Shown here piece after piece: positions 42,862 through 51,814 of a stretch of 64,000 nucleotides of DNA. How positions within the stretch are numbered: position 1 is the first letter of the stretch; every line of letters begins with the position of its first letter. The stretch is taken from NCBI RefSeq assembly GCF_029945685.1, contig NZ_JAQSDA010000020.1, positions 238,044-302,043 on the forward strand, in the 5' to 3' direction. The position numbers and the translations under genes were made by a program. Below the pieces are notes generated by a model. That model saw nothing but the letters and a program-made list of their open reading frames with translations. It did not search any database and was not told the DNA's origin. This stretch comes from Polaromonas sp. GTDB lineage: Bacteria; Pseudomonadota; Gammaproteobacteria; Burkholderiales; Burkholderiaceae_C.

Positions 42862-43227
42862 TCAGGCGCCAACCGTTGTCGGATCGTAGAAAAAGCGCTC
42901 TTCCACAATCTTGTCACCCTCCCAGCGCTGGTGCGCGAGCTCGTCGATGCGCAGCATCGATCCTGAAACGCGCGTGAATTCGAACACCCAGTGGATCACG
43001 ACGAAGTCACCGTCCACCAGGAAGGACTCGACCGGCAAGGTGCGCATCGTACTGCAGGCGGCGATCACCGCCCGCTCATAACTGACCAGCGCGTCGCGGC
43101 CACGCCGGGGCGGCTGGCTGTTCTCCTGCATGCTGGCATGGGGGGCATAAAACTGCTCGATGGCCTCGACGTAGCAGCCCTGTTCCACCATTGCAATGAA
43201 CTCCTGGACGGTTTGGCGGCTTGGCAT
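42862..43227 (-). CDS. SnoaL/NTF2-like fold protein
   Basis: 121 aa. The size and pattern (..FIAMVEQG.YVEAIEQFYA..A.MQEN.., ..ERFFYDP) are typical of SnoaL-like domains. Confidence 0.55.
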   Translation of the reverse strand: MPSRQTVQEFIAMVEQGCYVEAIEQFYAPHASMQENSQPPRRGRDALVSYERAVIAACSTMRTLPVESFLVDGDFVVIHWVFEFTRVSGSMLRIDELAHQRWEGDKIVEERFFYDPTTVGA

Positions 43228-43247
43228 GGTGTTGGGAGCTTCCCGGT

Positions 43248-44102
43248 TCAGCCCCAGATCACGGAGCGCATGGAGATCGAACCGAGCTGGAAACTGGTGT
43301 TGAAAAAGCGTGGCGCTTCATGGCTGTCCACGGCCGCTGCCGCATACAGCAGCGGCAGGTAATGTTCATGGGTCGGGTGCGCCATCAGCGCCAGCTGACC
43401 GAGCTTCTGGAAGTTCTGCAACGCGTCCAGATTGCCCTGCTGAATATAGCCCCCGGTGGTCTGGTCAAACTCCAGCGCCCAGTCGTAAGCCTGGTTGCCG
43501 GCGGCGCCGCGCTGGGCCTGGCGCAGGTTGTGCACGATGTTGCCGCTGCCCACAATCAGCACCCCGCGCTCGCGCAGGCCCTTGAGCTGCCGGGCCAGCG
43601 CGTAGTGGTCAGACGGCGGGCGGCTGTAGTCCATGCTCAGCTGCAGCACCGGGAGGGCGGCGTCCGGAAACATGGGTTTGAGCACCGACCAGGCGCCGTG
43701 GTCGAGCCCCCAGGCGTCAACGTCCACCCCCAGCGGCGCCGAGCCGCGCTGCCTGACAAAACGGCCGATCTCGCGTGCGGCCGCCGGCGCACCCGGCGCC
43801 GGGTACTGCTGGTCGAACAGCTCCTGCGGAAAACCACCGAAGTCATGGATGGTTTTGGGCTGGTCCATGCCGGTCACCCACCAGCCCTCGGTCAGCCAGT
43901 GGGCCGAAATGCACAACACCAGCTGCGGCGGCGGGTACTGGCTGCCGAACGCTGCGCCCAGTTCCTGCCAGCTGCGGCGGTATTCGTTGTCGCCAATCGC
44001 GTTCATGGGGCTGCCATGGCCGACAAACAGCACCGGCATCCGGTCCGATTTTTTCAGGGAGGTGAATTCGTCAAGCGCCAGGGCGCCGGTCATTTCGTTC
44101 AT
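43248..44102 (-). CDS. Class III extradiol dioxygenase (YgiD / 4,5-DOPA dioxygenase-like)
   Basis: From the ATG at 44102. MPVLFVGHGSPMNA.., ISAHW, DHGAW and PTxEHYLPLLY motifs. Confidence 0.82.
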   Translation of the reverse strand: MNEMTGALALDEFTSLKKSDRMPVLFVGHGSPMNAIGDNEYRRSWQELGAAFGSQYPPPQLVLCISAHWLTEGWWVTGMDQPKTIHDFGGFPQELFDQQYPAPGAPAAAREIGRFVRQRGSAPLGVDVDAWGLDHGAWSVLKPMFPDAALPVLQLSMDYSRPPSDHYALARQLKGLRERGVLIVGSGNIVHNLRQAQRGAAGNQAYDWALEFDQTTGGYIQQGNLDALQNFQKLGQLALMAHPTHEHYLPLLYAAAAVDSHEAPRFFNTSFQLGSISMRSVIWG

Positions 44103-44345
44103 AAATTTCCATGGTGGCGCCCTTGCCTGCGGCCCGGGCGCTTTGCGCGGCATGATGGCGACTTTTACGCCTGTCTGCCGGGGAGATGCTCAGGCATCCG
44201 TCGGCCAGACATGTGCAATTTTCCATTGAATGGCCAAAAGAAGTGCCCATCCGGCTTTCGTATTGGTGTTTGCCCTCCATTTAATCGTAAGCACACCTGT
44301 TATTATTTGTTGCACTGCAGCATATTGTTGTACAAAGGTCAAATC

Positions 44346-45740
44346 ATGCTTTATCAAGTTTATGAAACCCAGCGTCAGCTGATGGAGCCGTTTGTCGACT
44401 TCGCCCAGGCCGCCGCCAAGCTCTACAACAACCCGTTGTCACCCTTGAGCCAGAGCCCGCTGGCGCAGAGAGCGGCAGCCGGCTACAGCCTGATTTACCG
44501 TCTCGGCAAAGACTACGAAAAACCGGCCTTTGGCCTGACCACGGTTGATGTGGATGGGGTCGGCGTCGCCGTGCATGAGCGCATCGAGATGGACAAGCCC
44601 TTTTGCGAGCTGCGCCGCTTCAAGCGTTTCACCGACGACCCGGCCACCCTGACCAAACTCAAGGGCCAGCCGGCCGTGCTGATCGTGGCGCCGCTGTCGG
44701 GCCACTATGCCACCTTGCTGCGCGACACTGTCAAGACCATGCTCAAGGACCACAAGGTCTACATCACCGACTGGAAAAACGCCCGCACCGTGCCGCTGTC
44801 GGACGGCGCTTTCGCGCTGGACGATTACGTCAACTACGTGCAGGAATTCATCACCCACCTGCAGGGCATCTACGGCAACTGCCATGTCATCAGCGTGTGC
44901 CAGCCGACCGTGCCGGTGCTGGCCGCCATTTCACTGATGGCCAGCCGGGGCGAAACCACGCCGCTGTCCATGACCATGATGGGCGGACCCATCGACGCGC
45001 GAAAATCGCCGACTGCCGTCAATAACCTGGCCATGAACAAGAGCTACGAGTGGTTCGAGAACAACGTGATCTACCGCGTGCCGAGCAACTTCGCGGGCGC
45101 CGGACGCCGTGTCTATCCGGGCTTTTTGCAACACACCGGTTTTGTCGCGATGAACCCCGACCGCCACGCCACCAGCCACTATGACTACTTCAAGGACCTG
45201 ATCAAGGGCGACGACGTCAGCACCGAGGCACATGTGAAGTTTTACGACGAGTACAACGCCGTGCTGGACATGGACGCCGACTACTACCTGGACACCATCA
45301 AGACCGTGTTCCAGGAGTTCAAGCTGGTCAACGGTACCTGGGACGTGAAGTCCAGGCACGGCAAAATCGAGCGGGTTCGCCCCGAAGACATCACCACCAC
45401 GGCCCACTTCACGGTGGAAGGCGAGCTTGACGACATTTCCGGCTCGGGCCAGACCGAAGCCGCCCACGGTCTTTGCTACAACGTACCCAAGTCACGCCAG
45501 AAGCACCTGGAAGTCAAGGGTGCCGGCCACTACGGCATTTTCAGCGGACGCCGCTGGCGCGACATCGTGTATCCGCAGGTCAAGGCTTTCATTCTTGAGC
45601 ACAACCAGGGGCCTTCCCTTTCTGCCAATGGCAAGGCGGCTCCAAAGAAGACAACAAAGCCCGCTGTGAAACCCGCACTCCAGGCGGTACCCAGGCCCGC
45701 CACCCGCAGCGTCGCTAAAAAGAGTGCCGCCAGGAAATAG
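44346..45740 (+). CDS. phaZ: Intracellular poly(3-hydroxybutyrate) depolymerase
   Basis: MLYQVYETQR.. is colinear with Cupriavidus PhaZ1 (VISVCQPTVPVLAAISLMA, MTMMGGPIDARKSPTAVN, GHYGIFSGRRWR). The 839-aa track ORF is an artefact. The true start is the ATG at 44346. Confidence 0.9.
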   Translation: MLYQVYETQRQLMEPFVDFAQAAAKLYNNPLSPLSQSPLAQRAAAGYSLIYRLGKDYEKPAFGLTTVDVDGVGVAVHERIEMDKPFCELRRFKRFTDDPATLTKLKGQPAVLIVAPLSGHYATLLRDTVKTMLKDHKVYITDWKNARTVPLSDGAFALDDYVNYVQEFITHLQGIYGNCHVISVCQPTVPVLAAISLMASRGETTPLSMTMMGGPIDARKSPTAVNNLAMNKSYEWFENNVIYRVPSNFAGAGRRVYPGFLQHTGFVAMNPDRHATSHYDYFKDLIKGDDVSTEAHVKFYDEYNAVLDMDADYYLDTIKTVFQEFKLVNGTWDVKSRHGKIERVRPEDITTTAHFTVEGELDDISGSGQTEAAHGLCYNVPKSRQKHLEVKGAGHYGIFSGRRWRDIVYPQVKAFILEHNQGPSLSANGKAAPKKTTKPAVKPALQAVPRPATRSVAKKSAARK

Positions 45741-45766
45741 AGCGCATCAATTGTGGGGGCGGCGTC

Positions 45767-46429
45767 GTGAACCTGCTTGCCGAGCGGCTCAATGCCGCAC
45801 TGCCGCAAACGCAGTGCACGCGCTGCGGCTACCCTAACTGCGCAGCCTACGCGCAGGCCCTGGCCGACGACCAGGCAGGGATCAACCAGTGCCCGCCGGG
45901 CGGTGCCGAAGGCGTCACGCGACTGGCCCTGATCACCGGCCGCCCCGCCCTTCCCCTCAACCCCGACAACGGCAACGAAGGCCCGCGCCAGATGGCCGTG
46001 ATCGACGAGGCCTGGTGCATCGGCTGCACGCTGTGCCTCGACGCCTGCCCGGTAGACGCCATCCTGGGCAGCAACAAGCAGATGCACACCGTGATCGAGT
46101 CCTGCTGCACCGGCTGCGAACTCTGCCTTCCGGTGTGCCCGGTGGACTGCATCAGCCTGGAAAACGTCACGGGCGAGCGCACCGGCTGGGCCGCCTGGTC
46201 GGAAGCCGAAGCCGGGCTGGCCCGAAAGCGCTATGAAATTCATAGCTACCGGCGCTTGCTGGACGAGGGAAAAAACCAGAAAAGACTTGAAGAAAAAGCC
46301 GAAGCCGCGCTGGCAGACCTGCCCGGGCATTCCCGACACACGGACCCTGTGGTGCTGGACCAGAAACGGACCATCATTGAAGCAGCGTTGGCACGCTCAC
46401 GCGCCAGGCGCGACGCAGGCAACAGCTAG
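45767..46429 (+). CDS. RnfB/RsxB-like 4Fe-4S ferredoxin
   Basis: 220 aa with GTG start. N-terminal CTRCGYPNC..C cluster plus two CxxCxxCxxxCP motifs. No other rnf genes are nearby. Confidence 0.8.
   Translation: MNLLAERLNAALPQTQCTRCGYPNCAAYAQALADDQAGINQCPPGGAEGVTRLALITGRPALPLNPDNGNEGPRQMAVIDEAWCIGCTLCLDACPVDAILGSNKQMHTVIESCCTGCELCLPVCPVDCISLENVTGERTGWAAWSEAEAGLARKRYEIHSYRRLLDEGKNQKRLEEKAEAALADLPGHSRHTDPVVLDQKRTIIEAALARSRARRDAGNS
46230..46246 (+). repeat. 17-bp RCTMY-N7-ATAGC motif copy
   Basis: GCTATGAAATTCATAGC, inside the RnfB-like gene (RYEIHS). Confidence 0.6.
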
Positions 46430-46437
46430 GGTCCTTC

Positions 46438-46878
46438 TCAGCCCAGCGCGTCATTGACCGAGTCGCGGAACTCGGCCAGGCTCACCGCGCTGTCGATCTC
46501 CCGTGGCAAGGCATCACGAATCGAGAACACCCCCAGGATTTTTCCGACCGACGAAACAATCGGCAAATGCCGGAAGCCGCGCTCAAGCAGGATCAGCACG
46601 GCATCCGACACGGCCAACTCGGGCACCACACACAGGGGGTTCTGCGTCATCACCTGGGACACCGGGGTTTTTTTGGCATTCAGGGCCTTGGCCAGCACAC
46701 GGGTCATCAGGTCACGCTCGGTCAGGATGCCCTGCATGACGCCGGCTGCGTCGATGACCAGCACACTGCCGCAGTTGGCCCGGGTCATCAGACAGGCGGC
46801 CTGCCAGACGCTGGCCTGCGGCGGGCAACTCACCACATGCCGGTGCGGGATGGATTGAAACACGGTACGTTCAGACAT
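46438..46878 (-). CDS. CBS-domain pair protein
   Basis: 146 aa from the ATG at 46878 (AGGAGG upstream). Two CBS repeats (..GILTERDL.., ..RHLPIV..). Confidence 0.8.
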   Translation of the reverse strand: MSERTVFQSIPHRHVVSCPPQASVWQAACLMTRANCGSVLVIDAAGVMQGILTERDLMTRVLAKALNAKKTPVSQVMTQNPLCVVPELAVSDAVLILLERGFRHLPIVSSVGKILGVFSIRDALPREIDSAVSLAEFRDSVNDALG

Positions 46879-46906
46879 GAGGTTCCTCCTGTCCAGCGGG
46901 CATCGG

Positions 46907-47962
46907 TTAACGCAGGGATGAATTGACCTTGTCCAGCGTGCGCGCGCCCGGGCACAGCGCCGCGGCATCGAGCTGGTTCAGCGGTGTAGCGCTGGTGTTG
47001 AGCGCCACGTGCAGGTCGGTCGCCAGCGGGTCGACATAAAGCAGACCGGTGACCACTTCGCCCCGCGCCTGGTGCGTATTCATGTAACTCAGGGCCGCAT
47101 AACGGTCGGTGGGGTCGTAATCGGCCTGCAGCTTGCGAAACCGCAGGCTGGTGCCGTCGTGCTGCACCACCTCGATCACCTCGCCCGGCGCATAGCTGGC
47201 GGTGATTTCCTCGCGCGCGCTGATGAAGTCGATCCGGTTGACCGCCTCGTTGTGTTCGCGCACATAGTCGTAACTCTTGGTGCTGCCGGCGTGATTGTTG
47301 AAGGCCACGCAGGGACTGATGATGTCGATGAAGGCGGCACCGCCATGGCCAATGGCGCCCTTGATCAGCGGCACCAGCTGCGCCTTGTCGCCCGAAAAGC
47401 CGCGCGCCACGTAGGTCGCGCCCAGCTGCAGCGCGAGAGCCACCAGATCGACCGGGCTGTCGCTGTTGACCACGCCCTTCTTGCTTTTGGAGCCCTGGTC
47501 AGCGGTGGCCGAAAACTGCCCCTTGGTCAGGCCGTACACGCCGTTGTTCTCGACCAGGTAGACCATGTTGACGCCGCGCCGCATCGCGTGGGCGAACTGG
47601 CCCAGGCCAATCGACGCAGAATCACCGTCCCCCGAGACACCGAGGTACAGCAGGTCGCGGTTGGCCAGGTTGGCGCCGGTCAGCACCGAGGGCATGCGGC
47701 CATGCACGGTATTGAAACCATGCGAGGCACCGAGAAAATAGTCCGGCGTCTTGGAACTGCAGCCTATGCCCGAGAGTTTGGCGACGCGGTGCGGTGCTAT
47801 GTCGAGTTCCCAGCAGGCCTGGATGATGGCCGCCGAGATCGAGTCGTGCCCGCACCCGGCGCACAAGGTGGAAATTTTTCCCTCGTAGTCGCGCCGGGTG
47901 TAGCCGACCTTGTTGACGGTCAGCGACGGGTGGTGCAAGCGGGGCTTGGCCAGATAAGTCAT
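46907..47962 (-). CDS. korB: 2-oxoglutarate/2-oxoacid:acceptor oxidoreductase beta (TPP-binding) subunit
   Basis: 351 aa. CAGCGH, GIGCSS and GDGD.ASIG TPP motif. Confidence 0.88.
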   Translation of the reverse strand: MTYLAKPRLHHPSLTVNKVGYTRRDYEGKISTLCAGCGHDSISAAIIQACWELDIAPHRVAKLSGIGCSSKTPDYFLGASHGFNTVHGRMPSVLTGANLANRDLLYLGVSGDGDSASIGLGQFAHAMRRGVNMVYLVENNGVYGLTKGQFSATADQGSKSKKGVVNSDSPVDLVALALQLGATYVARGFSGDKAQLVPLIKGAIGHGGAAFIDIISPCVAFNNHAGSTKSYDYVREHNEAVNRIDFISAREEITASYAPGEVIEVVQHDGTSLRFRKLQADYDPTDRYAALSYMNTHQARGEVVTGLLYVDPLATDLHVALNTSATPLNQLDAAALCPGARTLDKVNSSLR

Positions 47963-49809
47963 GTCATGTGCTCCCTGCCCTGTTGTTGAGCCCTGTCCGC
48001 CTGCGCCTTCACATGCGCGGTGATGGCCGCGGTGATGAAACGCGCGGTGATCGGCGTGCCGTCGTAATGCAGTACACGCACCAGGCGCGCAGGATCAACA
48101 TCGAGTTCGTTGACCAGCAGGCAGTGCATCTGGGCATCGCGGTTCTGCTCCACCACAAACACCCTGTCATGCCCGGCAATAAATTGCGCGACCAGCGCGG
48201 GAAAAGGAAAAGCCCGCAGCCGGAGCGCATCGATGTGGATGCCGGCTTCGCTCAACACATCGAGCGCCTCGTTCATGGCCGGGCTGGTGGAGCCGAAATA
48301 AATCACGCCCAGCCGGGTCGGATGCTCGGCGGACCGCAGCACCGGCTGCGGCACCAGCGTGGCCGCGGTTTCGAACTTCTTCAGCAGGCGCTGCACGTTG
48401 TAGATGTAGTCCGGACCGCGTTCGGAATACTGTGCATAGGCATTGCGCGTGGTGCCGCGCGTGAAATAACTGCCCTTGCTCGGATGTGTGCCCGGCAAGG
48501 TGCGCCAGGGGATGCCGTCGCCGTCCACGTCCTTGTAGCGACCGAAATCCTTGCCGGCTTCAAGTTCTTCCGCTGTCATGACCTTGCCGCGGTCATAGCT
48601 GCGGCTGTCGTCCCAGGCAAAGGGTTTGCACAGGCGCTGGTTCATGCCGATGTCCAGGTCGGTCATCAAGAACACCGGCGTCTGCAGCCGGTCGGCCAGA
48701 TCCAGCGCTGCCGCGGCGTGTTCAAAACACTCGTGCGGGTCTTCCGGCAGCAGCAGCACATGTTTGGTGTCGCCATGCGAGGCGTAGGCGCAGGAGATCA
48801 GGTCGGCCTGCTGGGTGCGGGTCGGCATGCCGGTGGACGGACCGCCGCGCTGCACGTTGATGATGGTGACCGGAATTTCGGCAAAGTAGGCCAAGCCGAG
48901 GAACTCGGTCATCAGCGACACCCCTGGCCCCGAGGTCGCGGTGAACGCGCGTGCACCGTTCCAGCCCGCACCCACCACCATGCCGATGGAGGCAATTTCA
49001 TCTTCAGCCTGCACCACGGCATAGTTGTGCCGGCCGGTTCCGGGGTCCACCCGGTATCTGGCGCAATAGGACTGGAAGGCTTCTGCCACCGAGGACGAGG
49101 GAGTGATGGGGTACCAGGCAGCAACAGTGGCACCGCCATAGACGCAGCCCAGCGCCGCGGCACTGTTGCCATCCACAAAAATCCTGTTGCCGACCTGGTT
49201 GCTTCGCTTCACGCGAATGCCCAGAGGACCCTTCAGGTGCTCACTGGCAAAGTCACGCCCCAGATGCAGCGCCTGCACATTCGACGCCAGCAGTTTCTCC
49301 TTGCCCTTGTACTGCTCACCGAACAGCTTTTCCAGAACCTCCGGCTCAATTTCCAGCAGCACCGACAGCGCCCCCACATACACGATGTTCTTGAAAAGCT
49401 GGCGCTGTCGCGGGTCGCTGTAGACGGCGTTGCAGATTTCCGTCAACGGCATGCCAATGACATGAATGTCTTCGCGAAACTTTTCCGGCGGCATGGGCCG
49501 GGTACTGTCATAAAACAGATACCCACCAGGCTCCAGCTCGGCCACATCGGCATCCCAGGTCTGCGGATTCATCGCCACCATCATGTCAATGCCGCCACGC
49601 CGGCCCTGGTAACCCCTGCCGCTCACGCGTGCCTCGTACCAGGTCGGCAAACCCTGGATGTTGCTGGGGAAAATGTTGCGCGGGCTGACCGGCACCCCCA
49701 TGCGCAAAATGGCCTTGGCAAACAGCTCGTTGGCCGAGGCCGAGCCGGAGCCGTTGACGTTGGCGAACTTGATCACAAAGTCGTTGACGGCTTCAATCCT
49801 TTTTTTCAT
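47959..49809 (-). CDS. korA: 2-oxoglutarate/2-oxoacid:acceptor oxidoreductase alpha subunit
   Basis: 616 aa from the ATG at 49809 (MKKRIEAVNDFVIKFANVNGSGSASAN). ATGA overlaps at both ends. Confidence 0.88.
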   Translation of the reverse strand: MKKRIEAVNDFVIKFANVNGSGSASANELFAKAILRMGVPVSPRNIFPSNIQGLPTWYEARVSGRGYQGRRGGIDMMVAMNPQTWDADVAELEPGGYLFYDSTRPMPPEKFREDIHVIGMPLTEICNAVYSDPRQRQLFKNIVYVGALSVLLEIEPEVLEKLFGEQYKGKEKLLASNVQALHLGRDFASEHLKGPLGIRVKRSNQVGNRIFVDGNSAAALGCVYGGATVAAWYPITPSSSVAEAFQSYCARYRVDPGTGRHNYAVVQAEDEIASIGMVVGAGWNGARAFTATSGPGVSLMTEFLGLAYFAEIPVTIINVQRGGPSTGMPTRTQQADLISCAYASHGDTKHVLLLPEDPHECFEHAAAALDLADRLQTPVFLMTDLDIGMNQRLCKPFAWDDSRSYDRGKVMTAEELEAGKDFGRYKDVDGDGIPWRTLPGTHPSKGSYFTRGTTRNAYAQYSERGPDYIYNVQRLLKKFETAATLVPQPVLRSAEHPTRLGVIYFGSTSPAMNEALDVLSEAGIHIDALRLRAFPFPALVAQFIAGHDRVFVVEQNRDAQMHCLLVNELDVDPARLVRVLHYDGTPITARFITAAITAHVKAQADRAQQQGREHMT

Positions 49810-51719
49810 GCGGGCACCCCTGCTGCGCGTGTGGCAACCGTGTTGGCATCGCGACAGGACGGTCCGGCCTGCGTGGTCTGCAGCAAAAATTTCTGCATGT
49901 CCCAGGCACCGGTGGGGCAGCGCTCGGCACACAGGCCGCAGTGCAGGCAGACATCCTCATCCTTGACCATCACCCGCCCGGTCTTGAGTTCGCCGGACAC
50001 ATAGAGGTCCTGCGCCAGGTTCAGCGCCGGCGCCTTGAGCCGCGTGCGCAAATCGGGCTCATCGCCATTGGCGGTGAAGCTGATGCAGTCCATCGGGCAG
50101 ATATCGACACAGGCGTCGCATTCGATGCAGGCCGGCGCAGCGAACACCGTCTGTACATCGCAGTTCAGGCAGCGCCCGGCTTCCTTGAAGGCCGTTGCGG
50201 CGTCGAAACCGAGTTCCACCTCGACACGTATGCTGGCCAGCGCAATTTCCGCCTTGGCCCAGGGCACCTTGAAACGGGCATCGTTGGAGGTGTCGTTGTC
50301 GTAACTCCACTCATGGATGCCCATCTTGGTGGACATCAGGTTGGTCATCGGGTCAGGCCGGCGCCGGATGTCCTCGCCGTTGAGAAAGCGGTCAATGGAC
50401 ACCGCAGCCTCATGGCCATGCGCCACTGCGGTGATGATGTTTTTTGGGCCGAAGGCCGAATCGCCGCCAAAAAAAACATGGGGCATAGTGGACTGGAAAG
50501 TCTCCTTGCCCAGCAACGGCAGCCCCCACTTGTCGAAGGCGATGCCGCAGTCGCGCTCTATCCAGGGAAAGGCGTTTTCCTGGCCGACGGCAATCAGCAC
50601 GGCGTCGCATTCCACCCGCACGTCCGGCGCGCCGGTCGGCACCAGGCTGCGCTTGCCGTTGCCGTCGTAGACCGCCTGAACCACCTCGAAAGTCATGCCG
50701 GTGAGCTTGCCCTGGTCATGTTCGAAAGACTTGGGCACATGGAAGTTGATGATGGGAATGCCTTCGTGCTGGGCGTCTTCCTTCTCCCAGGGCGACGCTT
50801 TCATTTCGTCGAAGCCGCTGCGCACAATCACCTTCACGTCGCTGCCACCCAGGCGCCTTGCCGAGCGACAGCAGTCCATGGCCGTGTTGCCACCTCCGAG
50901 CACGATCACGCGCTGGCCGATGGACGTGATGTGGCCGAAGGACACCGAGGCCAGCCAGTCGATGCCGATGTGGATGTTCTCCGTGATCTCGCTGCGCCCC
51001 GGCAGGTCCAGGTCGCGCCCGCGCGGCGCGCCGCAGCCGACAAACACCGCGTCGTAGTCCTGCGCCAGCAAGCCCTTCATGGAGGCGATGCGCTGGCTGC
51101 TCTTGAAGTTCACGCCAAGGTCCAGGATGTAGCCGGTTTCCTCGTCGATCACCGACTCGGGCAGGCGAAAGCGCGGAATTTGCGTGCGAATGAATCCACC
51201 GGCCTTGGCCTCGCCGTCAAACACCGTGACCTCGTAACCGAGCGGCGCCAGGTCGCGCGCCACGGTCAGCGAGGCCGGGCCGGCACCGATGCAGGCAATG
51301 CGCTTGCCGTTTCGGGGAGCGACCTGGGGCATGCGCTGGCGGACATCATTTTTCATGTCGGCGGCCACCCGCTTGAGGCGGCATATCGCCACCGGTTCCG
51401 GCTGCTCGCCGTTGTTCTCCTCGACGCGGCCCCTGCGGCAGGCCGGCTCGCAGGGCCGGTCGCAGGTGCGGCCCAGAATGCCGGGAAACACGTTGGACAC
51501 CCAGTTGACCATGTAGGCGTCGGTGTAGCGACCCTGGCCGATCAGGCGGATGTATTCAGGAACGGGGGTGTGGGCGGGACAGGCCCATTGGCAATCGACG
51601 ACCTTGTGGAAGTAGGACGGCTGGGCTACGTTGGTTGGCTGCAAAACGCTGTCTCCTTCGCCCCGCTGCAACACCACCGGGTCAGGAGGCCAGACCAGTT
51701 TACGCCCGTCCCTGCGCAC
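49806..51719 (-). CDS. GltD-like FAD/NAD(P)H oxidoreductase fused to a 2x[4Fe-4S] ferredoxin domain (KorC-like)
   Basis: 637 aa. N-terminal Fe-S region, IACIGAGPASL and VLGGGNTAMD dinucleotide folds. C-terminal CIECDACVDICP and CLHCGLCAERCP. Confidence 0.8.
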   Translation of the reverse strand: MRRDGRKLVWPPDPVVLQRGEGDSVLQPTNVAQPSYFHKVVDCQWACPAHTPVPEYIRLIGQGRYTDAYMVNWVSNVFPGILGRTCDRPCEPACRRGRVEENNGEQPEPVAICRLKRVAADMKNDVRQRMPQVAPRNGKRIACIGAGPASLTVARDLAPLGYEVTVFDGEAKAGGFIRTQIPRFRLPESVIDEETGYILDLGVNFKSSQRIASMKGLLAQDYDAVFVGCGAPRGRDLDLPGRSEITENIHIGIDWLASVSFGHITSIGQRVIVLGGGNTAMDCCRSARRLGGSDVKVIVRSGFDEMKASPWEKEDAQHEGIPIINFHVPKSFEHDQGKLTGMTFEVVQAVYDGNGKRSLVPTGAPDVRVECDAVLIAVGQENAFPWIERDCGIAFDKWGLPLLGKETFQSTMPHVFFGGDSAFGPKNIITAVAHGHEAAVSIDRFLNGEDIRRRPDPMTNLMSTKMGIHEWSYDNDTSNDARFKVPWAKAEIALASIRVEVELGFDAATAFKEAGRCLNCDVQTVFAAPACIECDACVDICPMDCISFTANGDEPDLRTRLKAPALNLAQDLYVSGELKTGRVMVKDEDVCLHCGLCAERCPTGAWDMQKFLLQTTQAGPSCRDANTVATRAAGVPA

Positions 51720-51814
51720 AGCGCTCTCGGGTGAATCCCTCAGTCCCTCCTCAGCTTTCTCCCCGGTTTCTCCCGGTCCCGCCCCTATTCCTCCTCAATC
51801 CCGGGGTGCCCGCA

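Noticed and set aside
43221-45740. 839-aa ORF suggesting a large fusion protein ending in PhaZ.
   Set aside because: The first ~375 codons are the antisense of the YgiD-like dioxygenase plus the intergenic region. Homology to PhaZ begins exactly at MLYQVYETQ (ATG at 44346).
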